A DNA stretch of 64,000 nt from an uncultured Acetatifactor sp. Lineage in GTDB: Bacteria; Bacillota; Clostridia; Lachnospirales; Lachnospiraceae. Location of the stretch: assembly GCA_910585425.1 (NCBI GenBank), contig CAJUCP010000015.1, forward strand, positions 39,307-103,306, in the 5' to 3' direction. Shown here one piece after another: positions 45,746 through 57,056 of the stretch. The notes below the pieces were generated by a model that saw only the letters and a list, made by a program, of their open reading frames with translations, ran no database searches and was not told where the DNA came from. Each line of letters begins with the position of its first letter. Position 1 is the stretch's first letter. Position numbers and translations under genes: made by a program.

Positions 45746-45893
45746 TTTACATCGCTTTGGCTATTATTTATGACAATAGAAGACTCGCGAAGCGTGGATT
45801 CTATTGTTTTTGTCTGGGGGAGCCGCATGCGGCTCCTTGTGTTACGGCACAGTCGTGGAAGCGGTGCCGCTGTTTAAGGAAAGGTGTGGCGAT

Positions 45894-47153
45894 ATGGATA
45901 AAAAGACGACGTTTCGTGATTTTATAGTAACGAATTCCAAATTCCTGTTCCCGCTGGTAGTGATCGTGGTGGCGGCATGTACGGTCTCCTATGCTCTGGG
46001 GGCCAACAGCCGGAAAGGGGATCAGGGAGAGTCCCAGCCGCCTTCTACGGAGGAGTCCGTGGAGCCGGTGAGCCTGGCCGAAGAGGGGAGCGGGGAGGAG
46101 CCTTCCGCCGAGGAAGAGGTTCCTGCGCCCAAGGAGACGCCGCTGGTGCTCAACGAGGATGCGGGCATCCAGACGCTGGTCACGACTTATTACGACACCA
46201 TGGCTTCCGGGGACAGCGCCTTGATGGCCTCCCTGTACGATGAGCTCACGGAGAACGAGCTGCTGCGCTGCGAGGAGATGGCAAAGTATGTGGATCATGT
46301 CTCGAGCCTGGAGATTTATACGAAGGAAGTTCCTGCAACGGACGCTTTGCTGGTCTATGTGTATTACAAGCTTTGCTTTGTGAATCATGAGGAGGAGGTT
46401 CCCGGGTGGCAGATGTTCTACGTTCTTGACGACGGGCAGGGGGCATTGCGCATCAAGAACGAGAAGAACTTCACGGAGGATGAGAAGAACTATGTGGTAG
46501 AAGCCTCCAAGCAGGACGACACCGTAGAGTTCAACAACCGGGTGAACGCGGAATACAACGAGCTGATGGAGGCCAATCCCCAGCTCCTGGCATATCTGGG
46601 AGAGCTGGGGGTCCAGGTGGACGCGGCGGTAGGCGTGAGGCTGGCAGAGCTGAACGCGCCTCCGGCCCAGGAGGGCGATTCGGCGGCCGGCGAGGGTACG
46701 GATCCGGCAGCCGGAGGGGAAGAGGCCCCTGCTGATGCCCAGGCGCCCGTCCAGAACACGCCCCAGAGCGCGCTGGCCACCACCACCGTCAATGTCAGGA
46801 ATTCCGACAGCGAACAGGCGGACAGGCTGGGGCAGGTAGAGGGCGGCACCAGAGTCCAGGTGCAGGAGGTCCGCGCCAACGGCTGGACCAAGATTGTCTA
46901 TGAGGGCGGTGACGGCTTCATCAAGACCGAGTACCTGCAGATGGAGGAGAGCGCGGAGGGCCAGGAGAGCATCGGCACCGTAACCGCCAATACCAATGTC
47001 AACGTGCGCGCCGCCGCAAGCGAGACGGCCGAGCAGGTGGGCATCCTGGTAGGCGGGGACACGGCGGAGCTCCTGGGCACAGAGGGCGATTGGTGCAAGA
47101 TAAAGTTTGACGGCAAGGTGGCTTATGTGAAAGCGGAATTCGTCACCCAGTGA
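45894..47153 (+). CDS. Membrane-anchored protein with two C-terminal SH3b-like domains
   Basis: N-terminal TM FLFPLVVIVVAACTVSYALG. Two repeats of the bacterial SH3 pattern: VNVRNSDSEQADRLGQVEGGTRVQVQE..GWTKIVY and VNVRAAASETAEQVGILVGGDTAELLG..DWCKIKF. Confidence 0.7.
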   Translation: MDKKTTFRDFIVTNSKFLFPLVVIVVAACTVSYALGANSRKGDQGESQPPSTEESVEPVSLAEEGSGEEPSAEEEVPAPKETPLVLNEDAGIQTLVTTYYDTMASGDSALMASLYDELTENELLRCEEMAKYVDHVSSLEIYTKEVPATDALLVYVYYKLCFVNHEEEVPGWQMFYVLDDGQGALRIKNEKNFTEDEKNYVVEASKQDDTVEFNNRVNAEYNELMEANPQLLAYLGELGVQVDAAVGVRLAELNAPPAQEGDSAAGEGTDPAAGGEEAPADAQAPVQNTPQSALATTTVNVRNSDSEQADRLGQVEGGTRVQVQEVRANGWTKIVYEGGDGFIKTEYLQMEESAEGQESIGTVTANTNVNVRAAASETAEQVGILVGGDTAELLGTEGDWCKIKFDGKVAYVKAEFVTQ

Positions 47154-47179
47154 TGCATAATATACGGAAAATGTGGAAA

Positions 47180-47232
47180 GCCTTTTATGGAGGACAGCGC
47201 GCGGGCGCATCCTCTGTAAGAGGCTTTTTTAT
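47180..47232 (+). terminator. Rho-independent terminator
   Basis: A 15-bp stem, GCCTTTTATGGAGGA / TCCTCTGTAAGAGGC with three G-U pairs, followed by TTTTTTATT. Confidence 0.75.
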
Positions 47233-47258
47233 TCCCACAGGAAGGAGATACATTTGCG

Positions 47259-47690
47259 ATGAAATCACAGGAGGCGGCAGTTTACAGGGAAATCCAGAGG
47301 AACGCGGAAATGGCCATGAAAGCCATCGACACCATTTCCGGCAAGGTGTATGACGATGACCTTGCCCTGCAGATTTCCAGACAATCCTTAAAGTACGCGG
47401 AGCTTTACAATGAAGCGTCCAGGCAGCTCATGGAGGGGAAGGCGGAGCGCTATCAGAGCAATGCCCTCACCGATGCCATGCTCAGGACCGGCATCCATTA
47501 CAATACCATGCTGAACACCAGCACGGAGCATATCGCGGAGATGATGATCAAGGGCAGCAACAACGGCATCCTGGAGATGGAGAAGGTGCTGAAGCACAAT
47601 GAGAACGCCGGGGAGCGTCCCACGGCGCTGGCGAAGCAGCTTATCGACTTCGAGGAGAGCAATATCAAGCGCCTGAAGGACTATCTCTAG
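47259..47690 (+). CDS. Hypothetical protein, predicted all-helical (143 aa)
   Basis: RBS GGAAGGAGA. I recognise no family. Confidence 0.55.
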   Translation: MKSQEAAVYREIQRNAEMAMKAIDTISGKVYDDDLALQISRQSLKYAELYNEASRQLMEGKAERYQSNALTDAMLRTGIHYNTMLNTSTEHIAEMMIKGSNNGILEMEKVLKHNENAGERPTALAKQLIDFEESNIKRLKDYL

Positions 47691-47775
47691 GCGGATGTCT
47701 CCGGCCGCAGTCAGGGATTGTGCAGATCGATCAGAAAAAAACCTGAAAACTTTTCCAATTTAGTGAATTAAAGTG

Positions 47776-49252
<1,477 letters not shown>

Positions 49253-49258
49253 GATAAG

Positions 49259-49293
49259 CAAAACAGCCCGGGAGAGAGTCCCGGGCTGTTTTG
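49259..49293. terminator. Bidirectional rho-independent terminator between gdhA and the chemoreceptor gene
   Basis: AAAACAGCCCGGGA-GAGAG-TCCCGGGCTGTTTTG: a perfect 11-bp stem flanked by an A-run and a T-run. Confidence 0.8.
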
Positions 49294-49345
49294 TATCCTG
49301 TTTCTATCCTATGTTCATCCTATATCTGTCCTATGTCCGCCCTGC

Positions 49346-50695
49346 CTATTCGCCGAGGGCCTTCAGGATGCGGTTCATGTCCGCAATCAGGCTTTTGGAG
49401 TAGGTCTCGGCTTCGCGGTAGACCTGTTCCGCCTCCGTGTACCTGCCGGCATTGAGGGCATTGATGGCAGAAGCGCCGTATTTATGGAACTTCTGGTGCT
49501 TGGGCCCCAGCCCCTTCCATATGGGCACGATGTCGGGGATGTCCGGCGTCATGGCATGGTAGAAATGCCCGAATCCGCACTTGGAGGAATCCAGCTGCAG
49601 GGGCATGACCTGCTGGGAGTAGACCATCTTCTTCAAATTGGCCAGCCAGGCATTGTGGGAAGAGATGGCGGAGCGCATGTACTGGGCAAATTCCGCGTCC
49701 TCCAGGTGGTAGAAAGCATCGTGGGACATCTCGCCCATCTGCCGTACCGTCTCGTCCAGGATTTTCTCGATATCCACCACGGGCTGGGTGGCCTGCCGCA
49801 GATCGTCCCCCACGGAGCGCATGAAATCAGAGCTTTCCCGCAACTGATTCTGCATCTCGGTCATGGAGCTGCTGATTTCCTCGCTGACGGCAGCCAGGGA
49901 ACTTACAGAATCGTTGATTCTGGACACGGCGGCATGGTTCTCATCGTTCAGGGCCCATACATGCTTGATCCTGTCGGACATGGAGGCCAGGGACTCGATA
50001 GTGCCGTTGGCGCTCTCGATGCTCTTCTTGGAGGCATCCTTCATGCTCTTCACGAAATCCTCCATACCGGAGGTGAGCTGCTGGGTCTCCTGGGAAAGCT
50101 CTCTGATCTCATTGGCGACCACGGCGAAGCCCTTTCCTGCCTCACCGGCCCTGGCGGCCTCCACGGAAGCATTCAGCGCCAGCAGATTGGTCTGCATGGA
50201 GATATTGCCGATGCCGGAAATGATTCCGCTGATGTGGTCGATGATGCCGAACAGTTCGTCCATGTTCTTCTGCATTTCCCGGGAAGCTTCGATGGTCTGC
50301 TGGGAGAGGTCCTTGATGGAGGTCAACTCCTGCTGGCCTGCTTCGATTTTCTGATACACGTCATCCGTCTCGCCGGAGACGCTGACGATGGTATTGGCCA
50401 GCTCCTCATGCTGATTGCTGGCAGCCCCCACAGCAGAGCCGAAAATGGTCTCCGTGGCATTCGTCACCTGCTGGGAGATGTCGATGATTTTGTCCGTCTG
50501 ATGCTGCATGGTCAGATCCAGCGAGCTGATCTGCATGACCGCCTTGATATTTTTCTCGAACAGCTCCGCGAACTGCTTCCGCCCGCCGGCCAGCCTTTCG
50601 TAGATGCCATTCAGCTCCGGCTCCGCGGAGTAGTCGGCTGCTTTCAGCTTCGAGACAGCCTGCATCAGTACTTTTTTCTTTTTTCCAATGGCCAT
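49346..50695 (-). CDS. Soluble methyl-accepting chemotaxis protein with a C-terminal CZB (chemoreceptor zinc-binding) domain
   Basis: Signalling hairpin [37 protein letters not shown] pattern HNAW...CGFGHFY...HQKFH. There is no hydrophobic TM segment. Confidence 0.85.
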   Translation of the reverse strand: MAIGKKKKVLMQAVSKLKAADYSAEPELNGIYERLAGGRKQFAELFEKNIKAVMQISSLDLTMQHQTDKIIDISQQVTNATETIFGSAVGAASNQHEELANTIVSVSGETDDVYQKIEAGQQELTSIKDLSQQTIEASREMQKNMDELFGIIDHISGIISGIGNISMQTNLLALNASVEAARAGEAGKGFAVVANEIRELSQETQQLTSGMEDFVKSMKDASKKSIESANGTIESLASMSDRIKHVWALNDENHAAVSRINDSVSSLAAVSEEISSSMTEMQNQLRESSDFMRSVGDDLRQATQPVVDIEKILDETVRQMGEMSHDAFYHLEDAEFAQYMRSAISSHNAWLANLKKMVYSQQVMPLQLDSSKCGFGHFYHAMTPDIPDIVPIWKGLGPKHQKFHKYGASAINALNAGRYTEAEQVYREAETYSKSLIADMNRILKALGE

Positions 50696-50908
50696 ATCTT
50701 TTCTCTCTTTCTTTAGGATAATCGCCTTCCTTTATTATACAGTAGTTTCCGTTTTTTGCAAACTCTTTTTCGGATAATTTATATTGGATAAATTTACATA
50801 AGGGAAGCGGGCGGCTGTGCCGTTGTTGCTGGGGCGGAAATATGACGCTTCCGGTCATGACTGTGGACTTTCCATGGTCATGGCCGGATTTTTTGGGAAA
50901 AGAATCAT

Positions 50909-50937
50909 TTGACAGGCACAGGCCGGGCCGTTAAAAT
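50909..50937 (+). promoter_or_regulatory. Candidate sigma-A promoter of the antiporter gene
   Basis: TTGACA (50909-50914), a 17-nt spacer, then TAAAAT (50932-50937). Confidence 0.5.
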
Positions 50938-50983
50938 AGAACATATTGGCAAATATGATTCGGAACGGAAAGAGGGAGGAAAT

Positions 50984-52366
50984 ATGGGGAACAGACCGAA
51001 AAAAGTGGAATTTTATCTGGGCGGCTTCGGAAGAGCGATTCCGCTGCTGACAGCGGCAGCCATGATAGCCTGGGCGGCGTTCAGCCAGTCCAATGTGAAC
51101 GGATACGTGATTGCGTTCTTCGCCGCGCTGGTGGCGGGCGTCCTGTTTGCCAGGGACGAGAAGGCCTATGGGGAGGCGCTGGTGTACGGGCTGGGCAAGC
51201 CCATGTTCGCCGTGATTGTGCTGTCGGTGATCCTGGCGGCGGTCTCCGGCAAGCTGATCTCCTCCAGCGGGGCGGTGCAGACCATTGCGGCGTACGTGGT
51301 GGCGGCAGGGTTTACCGGCAGGCTTTTCGTGGCGGCCACCTTTCTCATCACCTGCCTGCTGGCCTTTGCCACGGGCACCTCGGTGGGCACTTATTTCGTG
51401 GTGATTCCCATCCTGTTCCCGGTGGGCGTGATGGCGGGGGCGTCGCCGGAATTCATGATCGGGGCCATTGTGTCGGGGGCGGCCTTCGGCGATAACCTGG
51501 GGCCTATTTCAGACACGACGATTGCGTCTTCCACCACCCAGCACGCTGATCTGGGGACAGTGGTGAAGACCAGGATGCGCTACAGCCTGCCTGCAGCGGC
51601 GGGGGCGCTGATGCTCTTTCTGCTCTTCGCAGGGGATGCAGGCACGGGCGCGGCGATTGACGGGACGGAGGCGGTGGCGAAGCCCGTGAGCCTTGTGATG
51701 CTGATTGTACCCGTGGTCATCATTGTGCTCTGTCTGCTGCGGAAGCATTTGATTACAGCCCTGTCTTATGGAATCCTGGCGGGGATAGCGGCAGGGCTGG
51801 TATTCGGGATCTATCAGGTAAGCGACCTCGTGGCGTTCCCCGGGGGATTTTCCGTGGAGGGCCTGATCATATCGTCCATTACGGGCACGGCGGGGACGGT
51901 GGCCATGCTGATAGCGGTGTTCTCCCTGCTGGGCGTGCTGGAATGCAGCGGCCTGTTCGAGGATGTGGGGGCGCTTTTGTCCCGCTTTGCGAAAAAGGAG
52001 CGCAGTGCGGAGGCCACCATCGTCCTGTCCACGGGAATCCTGAGCATGGTGACAGGGGTGATTTCCGTGGCGATCGTGGCCCTGGGCGACCTGGTGAACG
52101 ACATCGGGGAGAAGGCCGGGGTGGACAGATACCGCCGGGCAAATCTCCTGGACTGCACGGGCTGCGTGTTCTGCTTCCTGGCGCCATGGACGGTGCACTG
52201 CGTGATTCCGGCCCAGCAGTCCGCCCAGTTCGGGGAGGGCTTCGCAGTATCGCCGGGCGCTGTGCCCTTTGTGAACTATTATTCCATCTGTATGCTTGTG
52301 ATGCTGCTGATAGCGATTGTCACGGGATACGGCAGAAAGAGACAGGAAGAGGCAGGGAAGCGATAA
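50984..52366 (+). CDS. Na+/H+ antiporter NhaC family membrane protein
   Basis: A polytopic membrane protein of ~460 aa. The ATG at 50984 follows GAGGGAGGAAAT. The family was assigned from overall pattern only. Confidence 0.7.
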   Translation: MGNRPKKVEFYLGGFGRAIPLLTAAAMIAWAAFSQSNVNGYVIAFFAALVAGVLFARDEKAYGEALVYGLGKPMFAVIVLSVILAAVSGKLISSSGAVQTIAAYVVAAGFTGRLFVAATFLITCLLAFATGTSVGTYFVVIPILFPVGVMAGASPEFMIGAIVSGAAFGDNLGPISDTTIASSTTQHADLGTVVKTRMRYSLPAAAGALMLFLLFAGDAGTGAAIDGTEAVAKPVSLVMLIVPVVIIVLCLLRKHLITALSYGILAGIAAGLVFGIYQVSDLVAFPGGFSVEGLIISSITGTAGTVAMLIAVFSLLGVLECSGLFEDVGALLSRFAKKERSAEATIVLSTGILSMVTGVISVAIVALGDLVNDIGEKAGVDRYRRANLLDCTGCVFCFLAPWTVHCVIPAQQSAQFGEGFAVSPGAVPFVNYYSICMLVMLLIAIVTGYGRKRQEEAGKR

Positions 52367-52397
52367 GGAAGAGAGGAAAGAAGAGGCAGGGCGCGGG

Positions 52398-53357
52398 ATG
52401 GCGGCGAAGAAATATTATGCGGTAAAAAGAGGGAAGGCTACAGGTATCTTTCGGACGTGGGAGGAGTGCAGGGCATGCGTGGAGGGATATCCCGGCGCGG
52501 TGTACAAGGGTTTTCCCGGGCTGGAGGAGGCTGAGAGCTATCTGGGGCTTGCGCCCGGGACGGGAAAGATTTCCGGGGGAAGGAGCGGTTCCGGCGCGCG
52601 GGCGAAGGCTTCGGGGCAGGGGACAGGAAACGGCGGCCTCCTGCCGGAGCAGATTCCGGATCCGGGGGGACCGGACGGCGGAAGCGGCGGGGACGCAGCG
52701 GAATCCCTGGAGAAAAACAGCGGTAGAGAAAACATAAAGGGCGCAGGGCATTCCAGGGCGGCGGAGAAGTGCGGCAAAAGCAGGGGGCAAGCCGTCCGCC
52801 GGAAAGGGAAGGCCGATGACGCCGGAAGCGGCGAGGGCGCAGCGGAGGCAGGTTCGGGCAGGGGAGAGCAGGGCTTGGTGCGGGAGGGGGACGAGGTTCC
52901 CGCCGCCGGGACGCTGCTGGCCTACGTGGACGGCAGCTATGACAATTCCCTGAAAAAATACGCTTTCGGCTGCGTGTTCATACTGCCTGACGGTAAAATA
53001 TATACGGAATATGGGAATGGAGACAATGCCCAGTCCCTGCAGCACAGGAATGTCACCGGGGAGATGCTGGGGGCCATGTACGCCGTGAAGACAGCCATGC
53101 GCAGCGGCTTTTCCGCGGTGGAGCTGTGCTATGACTACGAGGGCATCGAAAAATGGGTCACAGGCGCCTGGCGCTCCAAGACGGAGCTGACTCAGAAATA
53201 TGCCGCCGCCATGAGGGAATGGAAAAAAAGCATCGGGATTTCCTTCCGGAAGGTAGCGGCCCACACCAATGTGTACTATAATGAGCTGGCGGACAGGATG
53301 GCGAAGACAGGTTTGCGGGAAGGGGACGGGATTCCGAAGGTGCAGAGCCTGGAATGA
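52398..53357 (+). CDS. rnhA: RNase H1-type ribonuclease with an N-terminal hybrid-binding (viroplasmin-like) domain and a long low-complexity linker
   Basis: N-terminus KKYYAVKRGKATGIFRTWEECRACVEGYPGAVYKGF. C-terminal RNase H fold with YVDGSY, TGEMLGA, YDYEG and NELADRMAK acidic residues. Confidence 0.8.
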   Translation: MAAKKYYAVKRGKATGIFRTWEECRACVEGYPGAVYKGFPGLEEAESYLGLAPGTGKISGGRSGSGARAKASGQGTGNGGLLPEQIPDPGGPDGGSGGDAAESLEKNSGRENIKGAGHSRAAEKCGKSRGQAVRRKGKADDAGSGEGAAEAGSGRGEQGLVREGDEVPAAGTLLAYVDGSYDNSLKKYAFGCVFILPDGKIYTEYGNGDNAQSLQHRNVTGEMLGAMYAVKTAMRSGFSAVELCYDYEGIEKWVTGAWRSKTELTQKYAAAMREWKKSIGISFRKVAAHTNVYYNELADRMAKTGLREGDGIPKVQSLE

Positions 53358-53576
53358 CAGGGGAGCTGCCACCGACGGCCAATCCAGGCAGGGTTTCCGA
53401 TTTTGGGCAGCGCTTCGGCCCAGACATGGCAAGTGACTGGCCTGGCAGGGGCCCAGGCAGGACAGCGGCCGTCTGTCAGCCCATACGGAAGAACAGGAGC
53501 CCAGCCGTGCGGCATGCCAGTCCGGAGGCAGGCTGCCTGTCGGCCTGTGCCGGGAAAGTTTTGGAAAGGTAAAAGT

Positions 53577-54287
53577 ATGGAGCAAATGAGATTGAATAAA
53601 TATCTGGCCCACTGCGGCGTCTGTTCCAGGAGGGATGCGGATAAACTGATAGAGAAGGGGCAGGTGCTGGTAAACGGCCGGACGGCGCTGCCAGGCATGG
53701 CAGTGGGAGATGAGGATGAGGTGCTTGTGTCCGGCAGGCAGGTGAGCCCTGGGCAGGAGACTGTGGTGCTGGCGTTCCATAAGCCCCTGGGGGTGACCTG
53801 TACGGAAAGGGACCGCCACGCGGAGCGGATCGTGTCCGACCTGGTGGACTATCCGGTGAGGGTCACTTACGCGGGGCGGCTGGACAAGGACTCGGAGGGA
53901 CTTCTGCTGCTCTCCAATGACGGCGACCTGATTCAGGCCATGATGAAGGGGGCCAACCGCCATGAGAAGGAGTACCTGGTGCGGGTCAATAAGGAAATCA
54001 CGCCGGAATTCCTGGAGAAGCTGGCGGGAGGCGTGTACCTGGAGGAGCTGGACATCACCACCAGGGAGTGCCGGGTGGAGCAGGTGAACAGATACACCTT
54101 CCGCATGGTGCTGACCCAGGGCGTGAACCGGCAGATCAAGCGGATGTGCCGGGCCTGCGACTATCATGTGAGGGCTCTGAAGCGCGTCCGGGTGATGCAT
54201 GTGACTCTGGGGGATTTAAAGCCCGGGGAATACCGGGAGCTGGACAGGGAGGATGTGGAGCGGCTGTACCGGGACTGCGGCCTGTGA
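53577..54287 (+). CDS. Pseudouridine synthase, RsuA/RluF family (S4 domain plus catalytic domain)
   Basis: S4 motif MRLNKYLAHCGVCSRRDADKLI. Catalytic region YAGRLDKDSEGLLLLSNDG, then NRQIKRM. Confidence 0.85.
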   Translation: MEQMRLNKYLAHCGVCSRRDADKLIEKGQVLVNGRTALPGMAVGDEDEVLVSGRQVSPGQETVVLAFHKPLGVTCTERDRHAERIVSDLVDYPVRVTYAGRLDKDSEGLLLLSNDGDLIQAMMKGANRHEKEYLVRVNKEITPEFLEKLAGGVYLEELDITTRECRVEQVNRYTFRMVLTQGVNRQIKRMCRACDYHVRALKRVRVMHVTLGDLKPGEYRELDREDVERLYRDCGL

Positions 54288-54480
54288 GGGTGCGGGCTTG
54301 CTTACCGGTCTATGGCATGGGCGGCAGGAAAGGATGCGTGCTGCCCGGCCTGGCAGGCCACTTAGAGCCTTGGGGCAGCTTTTCACGGACAGGCGGGCGG
54401 AAAACGTCCCCGGCTATGCGCAGCCTGAGGCATGAGGCAGGCGGACGCGGAGCCGCAAAAAAATGAAGGATGGTTGAAAT

Positions 54481-56940
54481 ATGACGCGGTCTGAAAAAAT
54501 CCAACGAATCAAATATCTGGCGGGGGCCTTGAATGAGGCCTCGAAAGCTTACTATGCCCAGGACAGGGAGATCATGAGCAACAGAGAGTATGATGCCCTC
54601 TATGACGAACTCCAGGCCCTGGAACAGGAGACGGGCATAGTATTGGCCAACAGCCCCACGGTGAACGTGGGCTACGAGGCCGTGGACGAACTGCCGAAGG
54701 AGCGGCATGAAAGCCCCATGCTCTCCCTGGACAAGACCAAGAGCAGGGAGGAGCTTTCGGAGTGGCTTCAGGGGCATCCGGCAGTCCTGAGCTGGAAGCT
54801 GGACGGCCTGACCATCGTCCTGACCTACCGGGGCGGAAAGCTGGAGAAGGCAGTCACCAGAGGGAACGGGGAGATAGGAGAGGTCATCACGGGCAATGCC
54901 AGGACATTCGTGAACCTTCCGCTGGAGATTCCCTTCCCGGGAGAGCTGGTGCTGCGGGGCGAGGCGGTAATCAGCTATTCTGACTTTGAGAAGATAAACG
55001 CCCAAATCCAGGATGGGGATGCCAGGTACAAGAATCCCCGGAATCTGTGCAGCGGCTCCGTGCGCCAACTGAACAATGAAATCACGGCCAGGCGCAATGT
55101 CCGGTTCTATGCCTTTGCGCTGGTGGATGCCAGGGAGGCTGATTTCGGGGATGTGGCAGAGGGGAGTCCTGAGCTGGCGGGTCCGGCTGGGACGGCGGAT
55201 TCCCCGGGCCCTGCGGATGCCCCGGAGGGGGAGGAAAGCAGGACCGCAGAGTTCGGCGGTTCCGTGGAGGCGCAGTTCCGGTTCCTGGAGGAGCAGGGCT
55301 TCGAGACCGTGGAGCACTATCTGGTGACGGAGGAGAATATCCTGGATACCATAGAGCTCTTCGAGAAAAAGATAGATGCCTACGACATCCCCTCAGACGG
55401 GCTGGTGCTGGTCTACGACGATATCGCCTACGGGCGCTCTTTGGGCAGGACGGCGAAATTCCCCAGGAATTCCATCGCCTTCAAGTGGGCGGACGAGCTG
55501 CGGGAGACGAAGCTCCTTGAAATCGAATGGAGCGCCAGCCGGACGGGGCTGATCAATCCGGTGGCCATATTCGAGCCCGTGGAGCTGGAGGGCACCACGG
55601 TGAGCCGGGCCTCCGTACACAATATCAGCATCCTGCGGGGCCTGCATCTGGGAATCGGCGACCGCATCACCGTGTATAAGGCCAACATGATCATCCCACA
55701 GATTGCGGAGAACCTGACGGCCAGGGACATGCTGGCCCAGGCACAGGCCGGGGAAGAGGGACGCCTTGTGGTAGAAGAGCCGTTTGGTGAAGGAAAGGAA
55801 GTTTCATCGGCAGAAGAGCCGTCTGCGAAAGGAGGATGCCCTGCGGAAGAAGAGCCGCCTGCGAAAGAGGGACGCCCTGCGGTAGAGAAGCCGTTTGGTG
55901 AAGGAAAGGAAGCTTCGCAGGTAGAAGAGCTGCCCACGAAAGAGGAAGTTCCGGCAGAGGAAGGATTACCTGAGGGAAAGGAAGCTTCGGCAGGAGAAGA
56001 GCCGCCTGCAGATGATGAGCAGGCCATTAAAAAGGATGAGCCCGCGGAACCTGCTGCGGAAAAAGCGGACATCATGGAGGCGGCGCTGGCCATGGGCGGC
56101 CACAGGCCTGTGGAGATTCCGGCCATCTGCCCTGTGTGCGGAGGAAAAACGGAAATCCGACAGGTAAATGACGTCCAGTCCCTCTACTGCACAAACGAGA
56201 GATGCGCTGCCAAGCAGATCAAGGCCTTCACCCTCTTCGTCAGCAGGGATGCCATGAACATCGACGGCCTGTCGGAGGCCACCCTGGAGAAGTTCATCGA
56301 CATGGGATTCATCCAGGAATTCGCGGATCTCTTCCATCTGGACAGATACCGGGAGCGAATCGTGGAGATGGAGGGCTTCGGCGAGAAATCCTATCAGAAC
56401 CTGATCGACAGCGTGGAGCGCGCCCGGCACACCACTCTGCCCAGAGTGATATACAGCCTGGGCATTGCCAATATCGGCTCTGCCAACGCCAAGATGCTCT
56501 GCCGCTTCTTTGACCACGATTTAAAGCGAATGCAGGAGGCTGACGTGGAGACCTTAAGCGCCATAGACGGCGTGGGCGAGGTCATCGCCACAGCCTTTGT
56601 GAATTATATGAGGGACGAAGACAACCTGCGGAGGATAGAGAATCTCACCGGCGAGCTGGAAATCGAGATTCCCAAGGTGGAGGAGGGCAGCCAGACGCTG
56701 TCCGGCCTTAGCTTCGTCATCACGGGCTCCCTGGAGAAATTCGCCAGCCGCAGCGACTTAAAGGAAGCCATCGAGCAAAAGGGTGGCAAGGTCACAGGGA
56801 GCGTCACCGGCAAGACCACCTGCCTGATCAACAATGACGTGGCGTCCAATTCGTCCAAGAACAAGAAGGCCAAGGAGCTGGGAATCCCCATTCTGTCAGA
56901 AGCGGATTTCCTGGCACAGTACCAGGTGTCCGCCCCCTGA
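54481..56940 (+). CDS. ligA: NAD-dependent DNA ligase carrying two insertions
   Basis: Adenylation motif SWKLDGL, OB fold, zinc finger CPVCGG...CTNERC, HhH region, and C-terminal BRCT (FVITGSL). At 819 aa it is longer than typical LigA. Confidence 0.92.
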   Translation: MTRSEKIQRIKYLAGALNEASKAYYAQDREIMSNREYDALYDELQALEQETGIVLANSPTVNVGYEAVDELPKERHESPMLSLDKTKSREELSEWLQGHPAVLSWKLDGLTIVLTYRGGKLEKAVTRGNGEIGEVITGNARTFVNLPLEIPFPGELVLRGEAVISYSDFEKINAQIQDGDARYKNPRNLCSGSVRQLNNEITARRNVRFYAFALVDAREADFGDVAEGSPELAGPAGTADSPGPADAPEGEESRTAEFGGSVEAQFRFLEEQGFETVEHYLVTEENILDTIELFEKKIDAYDIPSDGLVLVYDDIAYGRSLGRTAKFPRNSIAFKWADELRETKLLEIEWSASRTGLINPVAIFEPVELEGTTVSRASVHNISILRGLHLGIGDRITVYKANMIIPQIAENLTARDMLAQAQAGEEGRLVVEEPFGEGKEVSSAEEPSAKGGCPAEEEPPAKEGRPAVEKPFGEGKEASQVEELPTKEEVPAEEGLPEGKEASAGEEPPADDEQAIKKDEPAEPAAEKADIMEAALAMGGHRPVEIPAICPVCGGKTEIRQVNDVQSLYCTNERCAAKQIKAFTLFVSRDAMNIDGLSEATLEKFIDMGFIQEFADLFHLDRYRERIVEMEGFGEKSYQNLIDSVERARHTTLPRVIYSLGIANIGSANAKMLCRFFDHDLKRMQEADVETLSAIDGVGEVIATAFVNYMRDEDNLRRIENLTGELEIEIPKVEEGSQTLSGLSFVITGSLEKFASRSDLKEAIEQKGGKVTGSVTGKTTCLINNDVASNSSKNKKAKELGIPILSEADFLAQYQVSAP
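55771..55992 (+). repeat. In-frame 111-bp tandem duplication inside the ligA insertion
   Basis: GTAGAAGAGCCGTTTGGTGAAGGAAAGGAAG at 55771 recurs as GTAGAGAAGCCGTTTGGTGAAGGAAAGGAAG at 55882. The peptides are VVEEPFGEGKE and AVEKPFGEGKE. Confidence 0.75.
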
Positions 56941-57056
56941 GAATAGGAAGATAAGCTGACCGTGCAGGGACAGACAGGCTTCGCTGCGCGGAGACAGGGA
57001 AGAGAAGCAGGCTGGTGACAGCAGATAGAAGGAATGAAATGTAGGAGGAAACCCAA

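Noticed and set aside
52320-54200. A 626-aa minus-strand ORF spanning the RNase H and pseudouridine synthase genes.
   Set aside because: It crosses two well-supported plus-strand genes and their spacer, and it has the composition of a GC-rich shadow frame.
56941-57056. A SAM riboswitch or T-box considered upstream of metA.
   Set aside because: The spacer is only 116 nt. It shows neither the S-box conserved core nor a T-box specifier/terminator arrangement.
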